Source: a virus. From it: a stretch of DNA of 64,000 nt. The notes beneath the pieces are model-generated. The model made no database searches, was not told the DNA's origin, and saw only the letters and a list, made by a program, of their open reading frames with translations. The stretch is taken from IMG/VR virus record IMGVR_UViG_3300007162_000005. One strand, written 5' to 3'. Both the position numbers and the translations under genes were made by a program. Below, in pieces: positions 46,665 to 56,807 of the stretch (positions are counted from its first letter, which is position 1; the number at the start of each line of letters is the position of its first letter).

Positions 46665-47072
46665 CTATAAGCTATCGTGGTACTTAGATAAATCAAGTGT
46701 GTAATGAATATCATCTACATGGTTTAACCAGGCAGTGATAATCTTATTTCCACGTATGGAAACACTAATGTCACGGTCTTTATCGTAGGGCATTCTAACA
46801 ACATACTTTGTAACAAAGTATTTATTGTCAGGTTTAATTTCCACTTCAACTTCAAACGGGTTAATTGGATTGGTCTTTAAATTTTGAATGCACTTTAAAA
46901 GACCTTCTTTGTTATAACCGTGTTTGTGGTCACCACCTTCTAAGTGTTCTTGAATATGTCTAGATAAAGACATTTTAGTTACATCAATTTTACTTTGTAA
47001 CCAAGCAACAGTCTTTAAGACACTGTCAGGAATATGCTTCTCAATATGTAATAATTTAATCATCTTCTTCAC
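46665..47072 (-). CDS. Hypothetical protein
   Basis: 135-aa ORF with a promoter. Confidence 0.7.
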   Translation of the reverse strand: MKKMIKLLHIEKHIPDSVLKTVAWLQSKIDVTKMSLSRHIQEHLEGGDHKHGYNKEGLLKCIQNLKTNPINPFEVEVEIKPDNKYFVTKYVVRMPYDKDRDISVSIRGNKIITAWLNHVDDIHYTLDLSKYHDSL

Positions 47073-47085
47073 CTCTTTCTTTTTT

Positions 47086-47114
47086 AGTATATCATAGCTT
47101 GTATACTAAGTCAA
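47086..47114 (-). promoter_or_regulatory. sigma70-type promoter
   Basis: TTGACT-17-TATACT. Confidence 0.7.
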
Positions 47115-47117
47115 GCA

Positions 47118-47993
47118 TTATTTATTAAAATTATTTCTGTTAAGGAATTGGATTGCCTCTTTAAGGTTGTTTATTTTATCATCCTTGCTTTTAACTTCAG
47201 GAATCACATTAGCTGGATTCTTTTGTGATTGAACCTTTTTAATGCTATTTTCCACCTTGATAAGCTGAGATGATTTTTTGTTTGAAGAGAAGTATTTAGA
47301 TGCTTCTGGGTATGATGTAAACTTAACGGTTTCAAAATACTTGTCACCAGAAACTGTTTCATAATTATCAACAATTAAATAGTAAGTTGGTTCTCTAGTA
47401 TCTCTTGTTTCTGATTCAGGTAAATCACCGACCCATCTAAAATTAAGTAAAGCATTTAAAATATTTCTAGCTAACATGTAAGTAATAATTAAATTAGAAC
47501 CGTCAGGTGCTTTTTTATAAACAACAATTTCTGACATCCTATTTAAATTTTCTGATTCACCTGTCACAGTAAACTTACCATCAATAATATATTGAGAGTG
47601 TCTTCTTATTTTTACGTAAGCTTCTCTTCGTACATTATCTTTTAACGTGTAAGCAACACCACCTATAAAATTATGTGTTTTATCTGTATGGGGGTACACA
47701 TTCGGTGTGAGAGCTAATTCATCTGCTTTTGCTTCATACTGTTCTCTTGTCATTGGAGGCATTTTAATTCTGTATTCACCATCTTTACTTCTGCCTGGGA
47801 ACTCTGTCCACTTCTCACCTTTTTGTGGCTGTAGAACGTGGTTTTCATAATGTTCTTTAAAGTAGTCAGATGTTATTCCATGTAACCATTCTTCATTCAG
47901 CTTAAAATCTAAATCATATGCATGATTGATTGCATTATCAATTTCACGCATTAACGACTCATCAATAAGTTGTCTAAGTTCTTTTTTTGTCAT
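47118..47993 (-). CDS. Hypothetical protein (291 aa) downstream of a structured leader
   Basis: SD CAGGAG. Confidence 0.75.
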   Translation of the reverse strand: MTKKELRQLIDESLMREIDNAINHAYDLDFKLNEEWLHGITSDYFKEHYENHVLQPQKGEKWTEFPGRSKDGEYRIKMPPMTREQYEAKADELALTPNVYPHTDKTHNFIGGVAYTLKDNVRREAYVKIRRHSQYIIDGKFTVTGESENLNRMSEIVVYKKAPDGSNLIITYMLARNILNALLNFRWVGDLPESETRDTREPTYYLIVDNYETVSGDKYFETVKFTSYPEASKYFSSNKKSSQLIKVENSIKKVQSQKNPANVIPEVKSKDDKINNLKEAIQFLNRNNFNK

Positions 47994-48015
47994 GGCATCT
48001 CCTGTTATAAATAAA

Positions 48016-48270
48016 TTGTGCAGCTCCTGTTTTTGTCCCAGCGGGTTGGTTACCGACGGTTTACCACAGAAACTGCTACTGGCCCGAACGTTGACGATTC
48101 AACTGCCAGCTCTGAAGGTTTCTTCCTTCCAATATCCAGTCCTGATTCTCTGGAAGTCAACACCCCATTACCCTGAGTGTTAGTTGGTCTGAGACCTTTT
48201 TAATCTCACTTTTATCCCGAATCCATCGGGTCCTGGTTATCACAGGAGGTTATCGTCCTCTTAATCGTAC
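48016..48270 (-). ncRNA. Candidate structured RNA / cis-regulatory leader (~255 nt)
   Basis: Starts just after a consensus promoter; helices GAGG/CCUC, CCCGA/UCGGG, UGAGA/UCUCA, AACAC/GUGUU, UCCAG/CUGGA, GAAGG/CCUUC, CUGGC/GCCAG, GCAGUUUCUGU/ACAGGAGCUGC. Confidence 0.65.
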
Positions 48271-48276
48271 CTATAT

Positions 48277-48305
48277 ATTATATCATACTTTTAGACATTT
48301 GTCAA
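48277..48305 (-). promoter_or_regulatory. sigma70-type promoter
   Basis: TTGACA-17-TATAAT. Confidence 0.85.
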
Positions 48306-48350
48306 GCAAGAGTGATTTTATTTTTTTTATCACTTATCCTGACACTACTA

Positions 48351-48379
48351 ATTATAACATAAACAAAAGTGAATGTCAA
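48351..48379 (-). promoter_or_regulatory. Second tandem sigma70-type promoter
   Basis: TTGACA-17-TATAAT. Confidence 0.8.
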
Positions 48380-48395
48380 CACTAATGTTCACATA

Positions 48396-48404
48396 TAATT
48401 TAGC
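48396..48404 (-). promoter_or_regulatory. GCTAAATTA motif
   Basis: Exact copy of the recurrent 9-mer. Confidence 0.5.
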
Positions 48405-48426
48405 TAGAAGGTTGTTTCGTTCATTT

Positions 48427-48732
48427 TCAACGTTTATTCCTCTTCAATGTTTTTTGGTATTTTTTATACTCAGCATCTTTGGTAGATATAAACTCTTGAG
48501 GAAGGTCACCTTCACTAACAAGCCAGTCTAATGGTATTTGATAACAATAAATCTTGCCGTTAGAAGTCAGTTTACATTCTTTTAAAACCTTATCGCCATC
48601 AAATGAATACAGATAAGGGTACTTAGGGTCAACCACGAAGTAAAGATAGTTTTTACCTCTTTTAATATTCTTCCTGTCAACCAGAACCATCTTATCCCAA
48701 TACCTTGGCATCCAGATAGGGCTTGCGTTCAT
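48427..48732 (-). CDS. Hypothetical protein
   Basis: 101-aa ORF. Confidence 0.65.
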   Translation of the reverse strand: MNASPIWMPRYWDKMVLVDRKNIKRGKNYLYFVVDPKYPYLYSFDGDKVLKECKLTSNGKIYCYQIPLDWLVSEGDLPQEFISTKDAEYKKYQKTLKRNKR

Positions 48733-48733
48733 C

Positions 48734-49048
48734 TTAAATGGTAACCTTTATGTTATCGTTATTACCACCAGACGTGCTGGTAGTAGTAGCTTCGTTAGTC
48801 ACAACTTCAATCTTTTCAGGATTAATAAATGGCATCTCTTTCTTTGATTCTACTAAAACCCGGGTAGATTCATCAATATCATAGACAACCGTGCAAACCG
48901 TATCATCGTTAATGTAGGTTAACAGTTTGATAGACCAAGAAGGGTTCTTCTTAAGGTCATGGTTAATTTGCCCGATAATATCAACAGGTTTAATATTATT
49001 TCTAAAATCCCCTTGATAATATGAATAGTTTCTTACAATTTGTTTCAT
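48734..49048 (-). CDS. Hypothetical protein
   Basis: 104-aa ORF. Confidence 0.65.
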   Translation of the reverse strand: MKQIVRNYSYYQGDFRNNIKPVDIIGQINHDLKKNPSWSIKLLTYINDDTVCTVVYDIDESTRVLVESKKEMPFINPEKIEVVTNEATTTSTSGGNNDNIKVTI

Positions 49049-49104
49049 AATTTAAGTTTCCTTTCAATATGTTTTCAATATATTATACAATTATTTCTTG
49101 AAAA

Positions 49105-49632
49105 TTACAACACAATTATGTTTTTTCTGTTATAAAGTGTTACTTTGTCGTTTCCAACGTATTTATCTAGCACATAATCTTTCATTTGAAGTGGGGTCAT
49201 ATCTAAAGAGTCTGCAATAATTTGAGAGAATTTAATCATATTGTCTAATGTTTCCTCTTCGTCTAAGGGTGTTTCCCCTAATACTGCTTGGGCTTCGTAA
49301 ACTTCAGAAATAATCATTCCCGTATGGAAACCTTTGATTCCGTGTTTTCTAAAGAATTGGTCAGAGTGGCACCAGACAGAGATTGTTTCTTTTTCTTTTA
49401 ACAAATCTGCATATCTGCTATCAATAAGATATCCCCCTCTTTGTGGATTAAGTAATCCTGAAGGTGTTCCATGACCAAGCATGATAATCCTATCGTGCTC
49501 TTCAATCATGGTTCTAAGGTCTTCTTCGGGAATGTTACCGTCATTAACAACTGTGAAGTCTCTATGTTCATAGATTAACTTTAACATGTCTGTGGTAGGG
49601 TCTGCTGGGTGGATAATAAGTGTTGCTTTCAT
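49105..49632 (-). CDS. Hypothetical protein with a caspase/gingipain-like HG...C pattern
   Basis: IIMLGHG then ISVWCHS. Confidence 0.45.
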   Translation of the reverse strand: MKATLIIHPADPTTDMLKLIYEHRDFTVVNDGNIPEEDLRTMIEEHDRIIMLGHGTPSGLLNPQRGGYLIDSRYADLLKEKETISVWCHSDQFFRKHGIKGFHTGMIISEVYEAQAVLGETPLDEEETLDNMIKFSQIIADSLDMTPLQMKDYVLDKYVGNDKVTLYNRKNIIVL

Positions 49633-49633
49633 T

Positions 49634-51307
49634 TTAAATCTCCTCTTTTATGTAATTTCTTAATATATTCATGGTGTCTTCGTCATTTGCATCGTCGACA
49701 ATAAAATCACTGATGGCTTTCTTCTTTTCTAACAATTTAGCCACCATAACGTCTATTGTATTGTCAGCAATAAGTCTATAAATGAATACTGGCTCTTTAG
49801 AACCTATTCGGTGAATTCTATCCTCCACCTGTTCTTGTAAGGCTGATGTCCAGGGGGAGTCAAGGCAAATCATATACCTAGCACTCGTTAAAGTTATCCC
49901 TGTACCCACTTTACTGGTAGTTCCTATGAAAACCTTATATTTTGATTCATTTTGAAACAAATCTATGTTATTTGATACTTCTGAGTCTTTTAGGTCTCCT
50001 AAGCCTATAAGAGGATTATACTTCTTTAATGCCTCCTGTAAAAGATAAACAGGCTCTTTAAAGGTACTCATAATGACTACTTTGTCACCATTTCCCACAA
50101 TTTCGTCTACAAGGTCAATAGCACGCTCTAATTTCGACGAAACGATAGGGGTTGAGGTCAGAACACTAGGACAACTCGTTGCTTGCCTTAAACGAGTCGT
50201 TAGGGCCAAAATATTGGCACTGTTAAGTTCTACCTTATCACATTCAGACTTAACCCCATCTTTTACACTGTCATAAAAGGCTCTATGCTCTTCAGAAAGC
50301 TCTACAAACTCATTTATAACGTTTTTAGGGGGTAAATCAAGTAAATCCTTAGTTCTTCTTAGGGAACATATTTCCAGCTCGTCCTTGAGCAAATTTAGGT
50401 TCTTAAACCCTACAATCTCATACCCTCCAAACCCCCCGAACTCACAATACTGGTTTTTAAAGGTTGTAACAGTTGCTTTTTCAACATCTATCCATTTTAA
50501 AGGTACAAAAGCATCTAAAGGGTTATTCATAAGGATTGTACCTGTACACGCTACTTTATAGCGGAAATCCTTCAATTTCAATAGGTTTTTGCCTTGTTGG
50601 CTTGACCATCCCTTAGCTTTATGGGCTTCATCAAAGATAATCATGTCTATTTCATTAACATTTTCCTTAAGGGCTTCTATAACTTCATTACTTCTTAAGG
50701 TTTCAATGTTCATGATGATAAAGAACTCATCTATCTTGCTTCTAAGCTGTTCTGCTCTCTTAGGTATGGTTTCCCACTTAACCTTGCCTTTGGAGTTGGT
50801 TTTCTTGCCTATAATGACACAATCCTTATTTGAGTGTCTTTTTATCTCTTTTTCCCAGTTTGCTCTCAGGGTTGCCACACCACATACTATAAGGCAGTGT
50901 TTAAGCCCACGTTGAGCGTTTAGCTCTTCGGCAAGGTAAATGGTCTGGAGAGACTTTCCGAGGCCTGGTGAGTCTAAAAGTAACCATTTATCATGATTTA
51001 AACCATAGGTTATACCTTCAAGTTGGTATGGGAATGGTTTTGTTCTATACTTTAAGACAGGTAAGACCTCTTCTTTTTTCTCATTTTCTTCTTTAATCGT
51101 CAGTTTAATGTCATCATAATAAACCAGGTTATCAAGTAAATAGGCTAAGCTTGTAACAGGAACTTCCCACAATTTAGTAGTTTTACCGTAGTTAGAAGAG
51201 CCACTTGATTTAATAATGTTAATAACATCTTGATTAAAAGAAAAAGAAAGGAATAACGAAGTATTCCCGGATAATTTGTTTGGTTTATCCTCGAAGATGT
51301 GTATCAT
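49634..51307 (-). CDS. SNF2/Swi2-family helicase
   Basis: DSPGLGKS, FDEAH, TGTILMNNP, LRRTK, GTGITL, QVEDRIHRIG. Confidence 0.93.
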   Translation of the reverse strand: MIHIFEDKPNKLSGNTSLFLSFSFNQDVINIIKSSGSSNYGKTTKLWEVPVTSLAYLLDNLVYYDDIKLTIKEENEKKEEVLPVLKYRTKPFPYQLEGITYGLNHDKWLLLDSPGLGKSLQTIYLAEELNAQRGLKHCLIVCGVATLRANWEKEIKRHSNKDCVIIGKKTNSKGKVKWETIPKRAEQLRSKIDEFFIIMNIETLRSNEVIEALKENVNEIDMIIFDEAHKAKGWSSQQGKNLLKLKDFRYKVACTGTILMNNPLDAFVPLKWIDVEKATVTTFKNQYCEFGGFGGYEIVGFKNLNLLKDELEICSLRRTKDLLDLPPKNVINEFVELSEEHRAFYDSVKDGVKSECDKVELNSANILALTTRLRQATSCPSVLTSTPIVSSKLERAIDLVDEIVGNGDKVVIMSTFKEPVYLLQEALKKYNPLIGLGDLKDSEVSNNIDLFQNESKYKVFIGTTSKVGTGITLTSARYMICLDSPWTSALQEQVEDRIHRIGSKEPVFIYRLIADNTIDVMVAKLLEKKKAISDFIVDDANDEDTMNILRNYIKEEI

Positions 51308-51318
51308 CTTTTTTCTTT

Positions 51319-51627
51319 TTAGTTTTCTTTTAAAGATGACCTGTTTGAGTACACTACTGTTTTATAGTCCTCATCAAACTTAGCAAGTGAGGATTCTTTA
51401 GTAGAAAACTTAACTGCCCCTTCTACAGTGAACTTACAGTTGCAAGTATAGCAAGTAAATTCTTCTGTTAAATTAATTGACTCACCCAAGTAAAACTCAA
51501 TTTTACCCTTTTTATCCCTGACAATGTTTTCTGGGTTACCTAACACTTCATCTGGGTAAAATACTTCTGCTGGGAGGTATTCTGCACCACATTTAGGGCA
51601 AATAATGTAATTTGGCTTATTTTCCAT
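51319..51627 (-). CDS. Zn-ribbon protein
   Basis: CPKC...CYTC. Confidence 0.65.
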   Translation of the reverse strand: MENKPNYIICPKCGAEYLPAEVFYPDEVLGNPENIVRDKKGKIEFYLGESINLTEEFTCYTCNCKFTVEGAVKFSTKESSLAKFDEDYKTVVYSNRSSLKEN

Positions 51628-51680
51628 AATAATATTTAATTTCCTTATCCCTTATCTTATTATACAACTTTTTTATGAAA

Positions 51681-53333
51681 TTAGCCTTCACAACTTACAC
51701 AACCTTCACTCATAACCTTTTTACGAGACAGTTCTTGTGCTTGGCTCATGCCGTATTGATAGTATAATGTTTTAACACCCATATCGTGAGCATAAAGCAT
51801 TAAAGCATTAATTTCTTTAACTGGAACACTGGCTGGCATCATTAGGTTGATAGATTGAGCTTGGTCAATGTATTCCTGACGAACAGCTGCTTGGTCAATA
51901 ATGGCACGTGGATTAATCTCAGCAAAGGTCTTAAATACTTCACGTTCTTCTTGAGTTAAGAATTTAAGATGTTGAACCGAACCATCTGCTTTTTGAATAG
52001 AGTCCCAAATCTCTTCAGTGTCTTTGTCATATTTTTTTAATAATTCTTTAAGGTATGGATTCTTAATTGTTGTTTTTGACTTAGATAAGTCTTTAACATA
52101 GTAGTTAGAGAACTCAGGTTCAACGGATTGAGAAACCTGTCCTAAGATGGCAGAGGAACTCTTTGTAGGGGCAATCGCCATTAAGGTAGTGTTACGTCTT
52201 CCATAACCCTTAAGAATTTCTGGTTCACCAAACTTGGCTGCTAATTCAGCAGAGGCTTTGTAAGTTCTTTCTTTTAATGTCTTGGCAATTTCTAAGTTTT
52301 TCTTAGCTGCACTACGGCTTTCAAAAGAAAGCATGTTTGATTGTAAATAAGAATGCCAACCTAATACACCTAAACCAAGAGCACGATGTCTAATGGCAAA
52401 GTTTCTTGCACGTTTGTGATATTCTTTGCCTTCTGTCTTGTTGATGAATTCAGTGACAACAGTGTCTAAAAAGTAAGTAAGAACTTCAATCGCATCTGTT
52501 TTAATGATTTCTTCCCAGTGTAGTAAGTTAATTGAAGAAAGAACACATGTAAAAGTTTCATTAGGATTAGAAGGTAATGCAATCTCAGAGCACATGTTAC
52601 TAGCAAAGATTTTCATATCTTTATCTTTATAGACATCAGGTCTTCCATTATTAATATTATCAGAGAATAAAATATATGGATAACCTATCTCACTTCTTCG
52701 TTGAAGAACTTTAGCCCATAATTTACGAGCCTGTTTATCACCATCTTTAACCTTTTGTAAGAAAGCATCAGAAACAGTGATACCGTGAGTAAGTCCTTGA
52801 ATAGGGTTACCTTCAGTGCCAATGTCTAAGAATTCTTCTGCATCAGGGTGCTCGATGGGTAAATATGCACTAAAGAATCCTCTACGCACACTACCTTGCG
52901 ACACAACAGAAGCTAAGGTGTCATACATTCTCATAAAGTGAACTGCACCACTAGATTCTCCACTATCTTTAATTGGAGCACCACGACCACGAAGTTCACC
53001 AAAATAACCTGAAGTTCCACCCCCACCTTTCATGAGCATACCGTTTTCAGCGTGTCCATATAAAATAGAATCCATACTATCTTCAATATAAGAACCAAAG
53101 CAAGACACAGGTAATCCTCTATCAATGCCATAGTTGGACCAGACAGGAGAAGAAAGTGAGTAGAATCCTCTTCCCATATAGTCATAAAACTTATCAGCAT
53201 ATCCAGGAATGCCTAAATACTCTTCTGCTTTGTTAGCAATTTGTCTAATTCTTTCTTCTGCAGTTTGTCCTTCCATTAGATAACCACGAGATAAGAATTT
53301 TCTCGATTCTTTGTTAAGCCACTCGAATGCCAT
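51681..53333 (-). CDS. nrdA: Class Ia ribonucleotide reductase alpha subunit, no ATP cone
   Basis: SCF, SNMCSE (N-x-C-x-E), APTKSS, LYY, C-terminal CVSC. Confidence 0.95.
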   Translation of the reverse strand: MAFEWLNKESRKFLSRGYLMEGQTAEERIRQIANKAEEYLGIPGYADKFYDYMGRGFYSLSSPVWSNYGIDRGLPVSCFGSYIEDSMDSILYGHAENGMLMKGGGGTSGYFGELRGRGAPIKDSGESSGAVHFMRMYDTLASVVSQGSVRRGFFSAYLPIEHPDAEEFLDIGTEGNPIQGLTHGITVSDAFLQKVKDGDKQARKLWAKVLQRRSEIGYPYILFSDNINNGRPDVYKDKDMKIFASNMCSEIALPSNPNETFTCVLSSINLLHWEEIIKTDAIEVLTYFLDTVVTEFINKTEGKEYHKRARNFAIRHRALGLGVLGWHSYLQSNMLSFESRSAAKKNLEIAKTLKERTYKASAELAAKFGEPEILKGYGRRNTTLMAIAPTKSSSAILGQVSQSVEPEFSNYYVKDLSKSKTTIKNPYLKELLKKYDKDTEEIWDSIQKADGSVQHLKFLTQEEREVFKTFAEINPRAIIDQAAVRQEYIDQAQSINLMMPASVPVKEINALMLYAHDMGVKTLYYQYGMSQAQELSRKKVMSEGCVSCEG

Positions 53334-53349
53334 GTATTATTCCTCCTTA

Positions 53350-54588
53350 CTAGAATAAATCGTCTTCAGTGAATGATTTTGTTTTCTTAGAATATGCTGT
53401 GCTTCTTTTTACAAAGAAATCTACATTTTTAGTTCCCAGCATTTCTTCAGCAAACCATGCCGTCTCTTTAACTTTGACTTTATCTACTTCAAAGACTTCT
53501 TCTAAACCTATTGCTTTCATGGATTGATTAAATCTGTCTTTAACAAATTCCTTAACTAATTGTTTAGGCAAAAAGTCTAAATCACTATTACCATAAATCC
53601 AATCCACGATTTCAGATTCTGCTTCATAGGCATTTAGTGTAATCTCTTTTATTCTATCTATAATGTCTTGAGTAAACCAACGTGGATTTTCTTTTTTGAT
53701 GATATTAACAATATCAAACCCAAATCTAGCATGAATGTCTTCTTCTTTAGAAGTTGCCTCTACCGCATTTGAAATTCCCTTGAGAACATTACGATGCTTG
53801 TTAAAAGACATCATGATTAAAAATTGAGAGAAAAGAGACACATTTTCAACGAACATAGAGAATAAAATAACATTTTTGAAATAATCTCTATCTTCTACTT
53901 GGTATTGAATGGCCTGGTCTAAATAAGCAATTCTCTTTTGAATGGCAGGAATTGTTAAGATTTTCTTAAATTCTTCATTTAATCCCATCAACTCTAAAAG
54001 GTTTGAGTAAGCATCAGCATGTCTGACTTCAGACTCAGCGAAAGTAGCACCTACACTTTGAACCTCTGGTTTTGGTAATCTATCACCAACTTTAGCCCAA
54101 AATGTTTTAACTTGGACTTCAATTTGTGAAATTGCTAACATAGCACGGTTAACTATTTCTGCTTCTTCTTTGCTTAAATTAACCTTTAAATCTTGAATAT
54201 CACTAGTATAGTTAAACTCTGTATGAATCCAGTAAGAGTGTCTGATAGCATTAACATATTCTAATAAGTCAGGATATTCATAAGGTTTTAAGTTTGCTCT
54301 CTTTTTAAACACACTACGCTTATTGGCAACACGGTACCCAATATATTCCCTAGCAAGTTCAAAAAGGTCACGTTTCATTAAAATGTTTTCCACAATAGTG
54401 TGAATCTCATCTACGTGAATAACATCTAGCTTTTTAGCTGCTATTTCAGTAATTGCATCATTTGCTATGTGTTGAGGTAAAGAACCATAGTCTTTAGTAC
54501 CAACACTTGCCAGTGCTCTTGTAATTGCACTTTCAATTTTAGCGTGGTTTAAAGATTCCACCGTTCCATCTCGTTTTTTGACTCTCAT
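53350..54588 (-). CDS. nrdB: RNR beta subunit with N-terminal ATP cone
   Basis: MRVKKRDG ATP cone; W..E, ESEVRHADAY, VENVSLF, EEDIH diiron ligands. Confidence 0.93.
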   Translation of the reverse strand: MRVKKRDGTVESLNHAKIESAITRALASVGTKDYGSLPQHIANDAITEIAAKKLDVIHVDEIHTIVENILMKRDLFELAREYIGYRVANKRSVFKKRANLKPYEYPDLLEYVNAIRHSYWIHTEFNYTSDIQDLKVNLSKEEAEIVNRAMLAISQIEVQVKTFWAKVGDRLPKPEVQSVGATFAESEVRHADAYSNLLELMGLNEEFKKILTIPAIQKRIAYLDQAIQYQVEDRDYFKNVILFSMFVENVSLFSQFLIMMSFNKHRNVLKGISNAVEATSKEEDIHARFGFDIVNIIKKENPRWFTQDIIDRIKEITLNAYEAESEIVDWIYGNSDLDFLPKQLVKEFVKDRFNQSMKAIGLEEVFEVDKVKVKETAWFAEEMLGTKNVDFFVKRSTAYSKKTKSFTEDDLF

Positions 54589-54589
54589 A

Positions 54590-54844
54590 TTAAAGAACTT
54601 CCTTAAAGTACTTAATTAATTGTTCTTTTGTCTTAAATCCAACTTCACGACGATATCTCTTATCACCGTCATAAAAATCGAGGGTAGGAATACTTAAAAC
54701 ACCATTTTCTTCTGCTCTAGCTGTTTGTTCATCTACATCAACCATTTCAATATCAAAGCCTTCCTTTTGAAGGTCTTTAAGAATTGGTGTTAACATTTTG
54801 CACGGTCCACACCATGCAGCTTTAAAAGCGATTAATTTTGTCAT
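54590..54844 (-). CDS. trxA: Thioredoxin
   Basis: WCGPCK. Confidence 0.93.
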   Translation of the reverse strand: MTKLIAFKAAWCGPCKMLTPILKDLQKEGFDIEMVDVDEQTARAEENGVLSIPTLDFYDGDKRYRREVGFKTKEQLIKYFKEVL

Positions 54845-54899
54845 ATTTTTACATCTCCTTTACAATATGATATTTATCTGTTCACTATATTATACAACT

Positions 54900-56807
54900 T
54901 TATATAAACATTTCTTCAATTAACATATAGGAACCAGGATTAATGTTAAGTTCTCCAACATTAGCACCGCTTGTATATTTATATTGAAGTGTTAATGAAG
55001 TAGAAGCTCCTGTAAAATGTGTTCCTTCTAGTATAAAGAAAGAAGTCCCAACAAAACTATTAAGAGATGGAAGTTGTAGAGCACTGGAATCACTTGCAGA
55101 ACTTGAAATGACTTTTAATCCCATTAAGGTAAGAGAAGTAGCAGTAGGGGTAGCGTTAGATACAGCAAAGAATGTACCATCGGGGTTAGGACTTCCACCA
55201 GTATGGTTGTTTATCAATGTAAAATTAACACCTGTAACATTTGTGCCACTACTTCTAGTATATGTTACATAAACTTTAAATTTATAAAAAGTATTTGTTT
55301 TTAAATCGGTTATTTGCAAGCCAGTGTTTGCATATGTTGTAGAGACAGTTAAGGTTTGTCCGGGAGAGTAATCATATTTAACAAAATCAACAAGTTTATT
55401 TTTAACAAAAGCTGTCGTAGCAAATGTAGTATTGTTTGAAGTTGTAGCAGGTGTTAAACCAGAAACTGAGCCTGTAAAAGTTGCACCACTTAAATTTGCT
55501 TTCAGGTTTAAAGCAGTTTGTATTGCATCTGCTCTAACTAGTGCTGTAGTGGAACTTGATAACGTTGTTTGAACTGAATACCCATCGTTGAGAGCATCAC
55601 CGGATGTACCATTCCAAGTTGGAACATTTCCACTTGTTGACCCTAAAGCTCGTTTTTTAACTTGAGCATCATTTGTTACATTGCCCAAACCTACTTGTGT
55701 TTTTGTTACACTGTGTGGGTTGCTTGTTGAACTAATGTGTGCTTGAATGTTTGCATTGGCGGGTTCAGCACCAACCATTGTTGGAGTGATTCCACTAATA
55801 GTTCCTGTAAATGTTTTATTGCCACCAATTGTTTGGTCCCCTGTAGTATAAACACCATTAGTCACTGTTCCGGCATTTCCTGAAACATCTCCCGTTACGT
55901 TGCCAGTTAAGTTACCTGTAAAGGTTGTAGCAAAAACATTAGCATATACGTTGTCTGAAGCACCTATGTTGCTTGTATTATTTGTTGTGGGTGTGATATT
56001 ACCTGTACCCGTAATTGCACCAGAAATAGCAGAGGTGCCATTAAAAGGTCTTCCCCATAAGTTTCTTGATGTTTCAAGTTGGGTAGCTTTACCTGCAATT
56101 AAGTCTGATTGATTTTCCCAAACAGGTGCTAAAGAACCACCAGCAGATACTAACACTTGGTCAAGTGTACCAGCAGTGATTGGAGCAAATACTGTATCAG
56201 CCGTATCTAAAGTTAAATCATTATTAATTTTTGGTAAACCTTCGACATCAGTTGCTACAAATTTTAACCTACTAGTTAAAGGTATTGCCCACGCAGATGG
56301 ACCACCAGATAATAAATGTAATTCATAAACATCACTACCTGCAGCTGGGTTAATAGCTGTTTGGTGTAAATCAACACCTTCAAAAATATAGGTACCAGCA
56401 TCATCAACGTCTAAAATTCTACCTGAAGGAGAAACTGTTGAACCAGAATCTTCTGTACCAACTAATGTAAAAGCTTTATATGTAGTATTGCCAGATTCAC
56501 TTGTTTGGAAAGGTAATAACTTAATAGAAGCATATAAGTTTGTCCATGCAACACCGGCACCACCAACACCTAAAAATTCTGTTAAATTACTTTCAAAGTA
56601 ATAACCATGAATATTAAATTTAATAATCTTTGTTGTTGAATTCCAATCAATAACAAAGCTATCCTTAGAAACAACTCTGTTTGTAAGGTTGGTAACATTG
56701 AATTCAGTATTTAATCTGGATTCAGGGTTATACTTAGTTGACCCAGAGGCGGGTCCTCTAAAGGCTGTTGGGTATACTTTTACTGCTGTACTTTTTAATT
56801 TTGCCAT
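54900..56807 (-). CDS. Tail-fibre/baseplate-associated structural protein
   Basis: G/T/S-rich; NPHSVTKTQVGLGNV fibre motif; LWGRPFNGT. Confidence 0.75.
   Translation of the reverse strand: MAKLKSTAVKVYPTAFRGPASGSTKYNPESRLNTEFNVTNLTNRVVSKDSFVIDWNSTTKIIKFNIHGYYFESNLTEFLGVGGAGVAWTNLYASIKLLPFQTSESGNTTYKAFTLVGTEDSGSTVSPSGRILDVDDAGTYIFEGVDLHQTAINPAAGSDVYELHLLSGGPSAWAIPLTSRLKFVATDVEGLPKINNDLTLDTADTVFAPITAGTLDQVLVSAGGSLAPVWENQSDLIAGKATQLETSRNLWGRPFNGTSAISGAITGTGNITPTTNNTSNIGASDNVYANVFATTFTGNLTGNVTGDVSGNAGTVTNGVYTTGDQTIGGNKTFTGTISGITPTMVGAEPANANIQAHISSTSNPHSVTKTQVGLGNVTNDAQVKKRALGSTSGNVPTWNGTSGDALNDGYSVQTTLSSSTTALVRADAIQTALNLKANLSGATFTGSVSGLTPATTSNNTTFATTAFVKNKLVDFVKYDYSPGQTLTVSTTYANTGLQITDLKTNTFYKFKVYVTYTRSSGTNVTGVNFTLINNHTGGSPNPDGTFFAVSNATPTATSLTLMGLKVISSSASDSSALQLPSLNSFVGTSFFILEGTHFTGASTSLTLQYKYTSGANVGELNINPGSYMLIEEMFI

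Noticed and set aside
48100-48170. SRP RNA identity for the second structured RNA
   Set aside because: UCAGG and GGAAGGAAG are present but separated by extra sequence and lack the AGCAG partner, so helix 8 cannot be drawn.
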